A stretch of 64,000 bases of DNA from a virus. Its lineage: Duplodnaviria > Heunggongvirae > Uroviricota > Caudoviricetes. The notes beneath the pieces were generated by a model. The model saw only the letters and a program-made list of their open reading frames with translations. It was not told the DNA's origin and searched no databases. The translations under genes were made by a program, and so were the position numbers. This document shows, one piece after another, positions 56,577 through 64,000 of this stretch (within the stretch, counting starts at the first letter, position 1; every line of letters starts with the position of its first letter). Location: IMG/VR virus record IMGVR_UViG_2718218136_000001. One strand, written 5' to 3'.

Positions 56577-56683
56577 TGGGCTTCTGGGATTTTGCTGACA
56601 AGCATCCAATTGTTCTCGTTGTCATTGCTGGCATAGTTGTAGGCGGTATTGCTGGCGTCATAGAAGCACTCAGGAAACAGTAA
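56576..56683 (+). CDS. small membrane protein (35 aa), translationally coupled (TGATG)
   Basis: Hand translation MGFWDFADKHPIVLVVIAGIVVGGIAGVIEALRKQ. Confidence 0.35.
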   Translation: MGFWDFADKHPIVLVVIAGIVVGGIAGVIEALRKQ

Positions 56684-56686
56684 TCC

Positions 56687-56762
56687 GGCCCTTTAGCTCA
56701 GTGGTTAGAGCTGGCGACTCATAATCGCACGGTCACCGGTTCAAGTCCGGTAGGGGCCACCA
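56687..56762 (+). tRNA. tRNA-Ile2-like (anticodon CAU), CCA encoded
   Basis: Close resemblance to enterobacterial ileX-type tRNA; anticodon loop CUCAUAA. Confidence 0.8.
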
Positions 56763-57048
56763 TATTTGGTTGTAACACGGCGTCTGGCACATGCGTCGTT
56801 AGCGGTCTGGTGACGTTAAAAGGGGGGAACCTTGCCCCTAGCTCAGGCAACGAACCAGGTAGCCGGAATGTGCAAGCCACCGTTTGTTGTTTCTCGGGTA
56901 AAGGGATTCACCATCCTGGCGATTCGGTGTGACAGCCGGGAAGAGTCCGGCGCATTAATCCTGATTTTCTGGTGATGACTCATATCGTTAGGAGTGATTT
57001 GAGTATGCCGATTATATCTGACATTCAGCACGCCTGGGTGGAGTGCTA

Positions 57049-58413
57049 ATGTCTGCATCCCCTCTTGAATCCATGCCAAATTCCCTTAGTGCAGAACAAG
57101 CTATACTTGGTGGCTTAATGCTTGATAACTGCCGCTGGGATGAAGTTGCAGATCGTATAGTTGCTGATGATTTTTATACCAGTGCTCATCGTGAAATTTT
57201 CAGTGAGATGGAGAGGTTATTAAGTCATGGCAAACCGATTGATTTGATAACACTTGCTGAAGCACTTGAACAGAACGGTAAATTAGAACGCGCCGGTGGT
57301 TTTGCGTACCTTGCGGAGATGTCAAAGAACACGCCCAGCGCGGCAAATATTTGTGCTTATGCGGATATCGTTCGTGAACGCGCGGTTGTTCGTGAAATGA
57401 TTTCCGTCGCAAATGAAATAGCCGAAGCTGGATATGCGCAGGATGGCAGGGGCAGCAATGAATTGCTGGATATGGCCGAGCGCCGCGTTTTTGAAATAGC
57501 TGAAAAACGACAAAAGAGCGGTAGTGGTCCAAAAGATATCGCCAGCATTCTCGATGCAACGGTATCTCGCATAGAAGAGTTGTTTCAGCGACCACATGAT
57601 AGTGTAACGGGGCTTGATACGGGATTTACCGATCTCAATAAGAAGACGGCAGGGCTTCAGCCGTCCGATCTCATCATTGTCGCCGCCCGCCCATCTATGG
57701 GGAAGACCACGTTTGCGATGAATCTCGTCGAAAATGCCGCAGTTCGTAACGATAAGCCCGTATTGGTTTTTAGCCTTGAGATGCCGAGCCACCAGCTGAT
57801 GATGCGCTCACTGGCTTCTCTTGCACGCGTTGATCAGACTCGTATTCGGACAGGGCAACTTAACGACGAGGATTGGGCGCGGGTTTCTGGCGCAATGGGT
57901 ATTCTGTTGGACAAGCAGAATATTTTTATTGATGACTCAAGCGCCCTGACACCTACAGAGCTTCGTTCCCGCGCTCGTCGTGTTTATAAAGAAAATGGTG
58001 GTTTGAGCATGATTATGATCGACTACCTGCAACTTATGCGCGTCCCCGAGCTGCAAGATAACCGAACGCTGGAAATTGCCGAGATTTCTCGCTCACTGAA
58101 GGCTTTGGCGAAGGAATTACAAGTACCGGTGGTGGCATTGTCACAACTTAATCGATCGCTTGAACAGCGTGCGGACAAACGACCGGTAAATTCAGATTTA
58201 CGTGAATCAGGAGCAATTGAGCAGGACGCAGACCTGATCATGTTTCTGTATCGCGACGAAGTTTATCACCCGGATAGCGAAATGAAGGGCATTGCCGAGG
58301 TGATTATCGGTAAGCAACGAAATGGCCCAATTGGCACGGTGAGATTGGCTTTTAACGGCCAATACTCACGGTTTGATAACTATGCTGGTGCTGACTGGCA
58401 AGAGGATTATTAA
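57049..58413 (+). CDS. ban: replicative DNA helicase, DnaB family (Ban-like)
   Basis: DnaB N-terminal domain, Walker A PSMGKTTFAM, Walker B IMIDYLQLM, arginine finger region. Confidence 0.85.
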   Translation: MSASPLESMPNSLSAEQAILGGLMLDNCRWDEVADRIVADDFYTSAHREIFSEMERLLSHGKPIDLITLAEALEQNGKLERAGGFAYLAEMSKNTPSAANICAYADIVRERAVVREMISVANEIAEAGYAQDGRGSNELLDMAERRVFEIAEKRQKSGSGPKDIASILDATVSRIEELFQRPHDSVTGLDTGFTDLNKKTAGLQPSDLIIVAARPSMGKTTFAMNLVENAAVRNDKPVLVFSLEMPSHQLMMRSLASLARVDQTRIRTGQLNDEDWARVSGAMGILLDKQNIFIDDSSALTPTELRSRARRVYKENGGLSMIMIDYLQLMRVPELQDNRTLEIAEISRSLKALAKELQVPVVALSQLNRSLEQRADKRPVNSDLRESGAIEQDADLIMFLYRDEVYHPDSEMKGIAEVIIGKQRNGPIGTVRLAFNGQYSRFDNYAGADWQEDY

Positions 58414-59411
58414 TGCAATGGAATGAGGAAAAGCCGATGAACATCCTGATCATTGGGCGAAAATTTGAAGCTATCAGTGATGTGAAAACATATACGGAAA
58501 TGTGGGCTTATAACCTGGCCTGCGCCTTTAGTGAGGCAGGGGTAACATTGCAATACCATCGTCCATATTCCCCCGGCGTCGAAAGCCCGGAGGATTATGT
58601 TGAAGCTGTGTTGACTGCTGCGACCGCATGTTCTGCGAAGGCCATTTTGGCACCAGGATTGAGGTATTTTACTACGGTGCCCAGGGAAATAGGCGTGCAA
58701 CTGCGTCGTCGATTCACTGGATGGGTAGCCCAGGTATACGACGGTTCTATGCTGGATTCGGCACCAGTCGATATTACTTTTACTGTCCGCGATGATACCT
58801 GGCGGTACCTGGATAATCCCGGCAGGTTAGAGCGTCATAATCGCTTTAACAAACATGTTGGATGGGCAGCGAATCAGGATCTGTTCCATCTGGAAACCAA
58901 AACAGACGATGTTCTGCGTATTTTTGTAGACCACGCTGCATTTGATGTTAGTGGGTTTGATCACTCCTTAAGTATCCTTATGAACCTTCAGCGTCTGACC
59001 GTTCCGTATGAGGCCAGAACGTTGACCGATGACGGATTGATTACCATTGATCCGGGGAATATATCGGTAACCCCATACAGACGGACGCCGGTACCAGCAA
59101 CCGAATTTGCAGCTGAATTGCGTAAGAGTGACGTGTTTATCGTTACGCATCCCGAAAGCCTTGGATTAACTGTACTTGAGGCGGCAATGTGCGGGGCGTT
59201 GGTATTAACGCCTCCCGATTGCCTTCCGCCAGATCGCTTGGCTTTGGTGAACCATATGGTTATCAAGTCGCGGATTGATTGGGATGAGGTTATTGCTCGC
59301 GTTGATCGCGTGAAAAATGCTGAAAAGGTCCAGTGTCACACCTGGTCGGCAATTGCGGAAAAGATGCTTGAGACGTTTATCACGCAGAAACCGTCGTGCG
59401 GTAACGGATAA
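58413..59411 (+). CDS. hypothetical protein downstream of ban (332 aa), coupled start (TAATG)
   Basis: ORF track. Confidence 0.45.
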   Translation: MQWNEEKPMNILIIGRKFEAISDVKTYTEMWAYNLACAFSEAGVTLQYHRPYSPGVESPEDYVEAVLTAATACSAKAILAPGLRYFTTVPREIGVQLRRRFTGWVAQVYDGSMLDSAPVDITFTVRDDTWRYLDNPGRLERHNRFNKHVGWAANQDLFHLETKTDDVLRIFVDHAAFDVSGFDHSLSILMNLQRLTVPYEARTLTDDGLITIDPGNISVTPYRRTPVPATEFAAELRKSDVFIVTHPESLGLTVLEAAMCGALVLTPPDCLPPDRLALVNHMVIKSRIDWDEVIARVDRVKNAEKVQCHTWSAIAEKMLETFITQKPSCGNG

Positions 59412-59433
59412 AAAATTGAACCCGTCATAACAG

Positions 59434-59456
59434 AAAAGCCCGAACGCCGGGCTTTT
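59434..59456. terminator. bidirectional intrinsic terminator aaaagcccg-aacg-ccgggctttt
   Basis: Hairpin flanked by A and T runs between convergent genes. Confidence 0.5.
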
Positions 59457-59457
59457 C

Positions 59458-62604
<3,147 letters not shown>

Positions 62605-63822
62605 TTATCCTTTCCGTTTACGGGCTTCGTTAATTTGTGTCTCAAGAATGCTTCGCGCCTGCGCAGTGGCAGCGGCCTTGTCCATTCCCTGACTCATGAA
62701 AAACTTTATGAGGTTGTTCGCCTGCGTTTGCAGGGCTTTTTTGAGAGCGTCGGCTTCAGCGCGAGCCTGGGCTTCCCTCACCCGCGATGCTTTTAGTTCG
62801 GCATTCTTCCTGTTTGCCGTGGTGCGAGCTTTTTTTAACAACCGGCGAACGTTGTCCGTGGCGCTATCTTTTGCGCGTAGTTTTTTGCCTAATGCATCCT
62901 GAGATTTCAGATACAGCTCATACTCACGCGCAGCTTTAGCCTGATCCGTCGTTGTTGTCCGGTTGCGCGCGAGCGATTTAGCCAGTTCGCCTTTGAAATA
63001 GGTTGTTGTCTTCCGCTTGTCATCGCCGAAGGCCACCTGTTCAGCTGCTTTTTCCAGGGCAATAATGATGGCCTTGTGCCATGTGGGAGACTGAAAACGC
63101 GTCATAGCGTGCAACACATGTTTGCAGGCCACACCAGTCAGATCAGGGTTGCGGATCTTGGGGAATGCATACTCTTTTGGCGGCGCGACAGCATAGTTAC
63201 CAGCCGTGGCCATATAACGGTACCAGTATTGATGGCGTCCACAATCACAGTCGAAAGATACCCGGCCCTTGCAGAGTTCGGCAGCGATTCGGGCTTTTTT
63301 CGCACCGTCTTCAGCAATTTCCTCAACGGCTTTATCCCATTCCTCAAATCGAATTCTGACACGGTGATGCTGGTGGACCGACTCATCCGAGGCATTAACA
63401 GATATCAATGCAAGGTTGTGTTTTAGCCCGAGGAATGTCGCGGCTTTGATCCCTGTGCCATCAGAAACCTTGTTGTTAGCGCGTTTTATATCAATGCTGG
63501 TGGACTGCGCCACCAGCTGAGCATAGGTAATGCCGGGTACCGTGCTCTTGAATTTGGTTTTATGAGCCTGCCTTGAGGTGTTGAAACTGCGTATATCTTC
63601 GGGCGTAAAGTAGGTGCCATCTTTCTTTTTCCCAAGGCTGAGGAATGCCTCAAGTTCGCGGTTACGCATCCCCATAATCCTTGGGGTGAGTGTACGTCGC
63701 GCGTTTCGCCGATTCTGACGCTGCTGTTTACGGATAAGATCGAAGACCTTGTTAAAGTCTTTTGCACTTAATCCATCAGTCTGATAGCGACCAAGGTTGT
63801 CGCGAGCATATTCAGTTGGCAT
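62605..63822 (-). CDS. hypothetical late protein (405 aa) with basic coiled-coil C-terminus
   Basis: ORF track. Confidence 0.35.
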   Translation of the reverse strand: MPTEYARDNLGRYQTDGLSAKDFNKVFDLIRKQQRQNRRNARRTLTPRIMGMRNRELEAFLSLGKKKDGTYFTPEDIRSFNTSRQAHKTKFKSTVPGITYAQLVAQSTSIDIKRANNKVSDGTGIKAATFLGLKHNLALISVNASDESVHQHHRVRIRFEEWDKAVEEIAEDGAKKARIAAELCKGRVSFDCDCGRHQYWYRYMATAGNYAVAPPKEYAFPKIRNPDLTGVACKHVLHAMTRFQSPTWHKAIIIALEKAAEQVAFGDDKRKTTTYFKGELAKSLARNRTTTTDQAKAAREYELYLKSQDALGKKLRAKDSATDNVRRLLKKARTTANRKNAELKASRVREAQARAEADALKKALQTQANNLIKFFMSQGMDKAAATAQARSILETQINEARKRKG

Positions 63823-63831
63823 TCAATCCCC

Positions 63832-64000
63832 TTACGCAATGGATAATGTCCCTATTACCTGGCCGTCGTATTGGAAATGGCGAATCATTTCGCGGATCCA
63901 GGTGGCAGGTGGGAGTTTTAATTTTTTGCCAACAGTCATACCCTGAGACTCATCCTCAAGCCCGGCGGCGAGCGTCACAACCCAGCGTAGCTCTGCTATG
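63832..64000 (-). CDS. 3' end of a gene continuing beyond the window (partial)
   Basis: Minus-strand frame open from window edge to stop at 63832-63834. Confidence 0.3.
   Translation of the reverse strand, partial: IAELRWVVTLAAGLEDESQGMTVGKKLKLPPATWIREMIRHFQYDGQVIGTLSIA

Overview
The window reads as a segment of a P1-like temperate phage-plasmid, co-linear with the phage P1 map as I recall it. Left to right: a C1-operator-controlled accessory region (HNH/Ref-like gene, an AT-rich SIR2-like gene, a small Lxc/Bof-like gene), a giant DarB-like methyltransferase-helicase gene, portal and prohead protease, a DarA-like operon with holin/antiholin, a Cin/Gin-family invertase with a ~4.3 kb invertible tail-fibre segment flanked by ~0.6 kb inverted repeats, baseplate and tape-measure genes, the immunity I region (icd, ant), kilA-repL, a Hok/Mok-like type I toxin, structural genes, parS-parB-parA, repA with incA/incC iterons and oriR, a spanin pair, an RdgC homolog, a C5+N6 DNA methyltransferase, three tRNAs, a TerB-like gene, a DnaB-like helicase and late genes. 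The most striking observation is a 341-aa LAGLIDADG intein inserted in frame at the catalytic Cys of the C5-methyltransferase domain of the Dmt-like gene. Second is the SIR2-like candidate defence gene sitting where I recall P1 carrying its res/mod system. The left ~12.6 kb shows many frameshifts (ref, SIR2, darB, portal) while 3 kb+ genes elsewhere are intact, which is either real decay or local sequence error. All identifications are from reading the sequence and ORF translations; no database search was run, and P1 gene names, sizes and map order are from memory.
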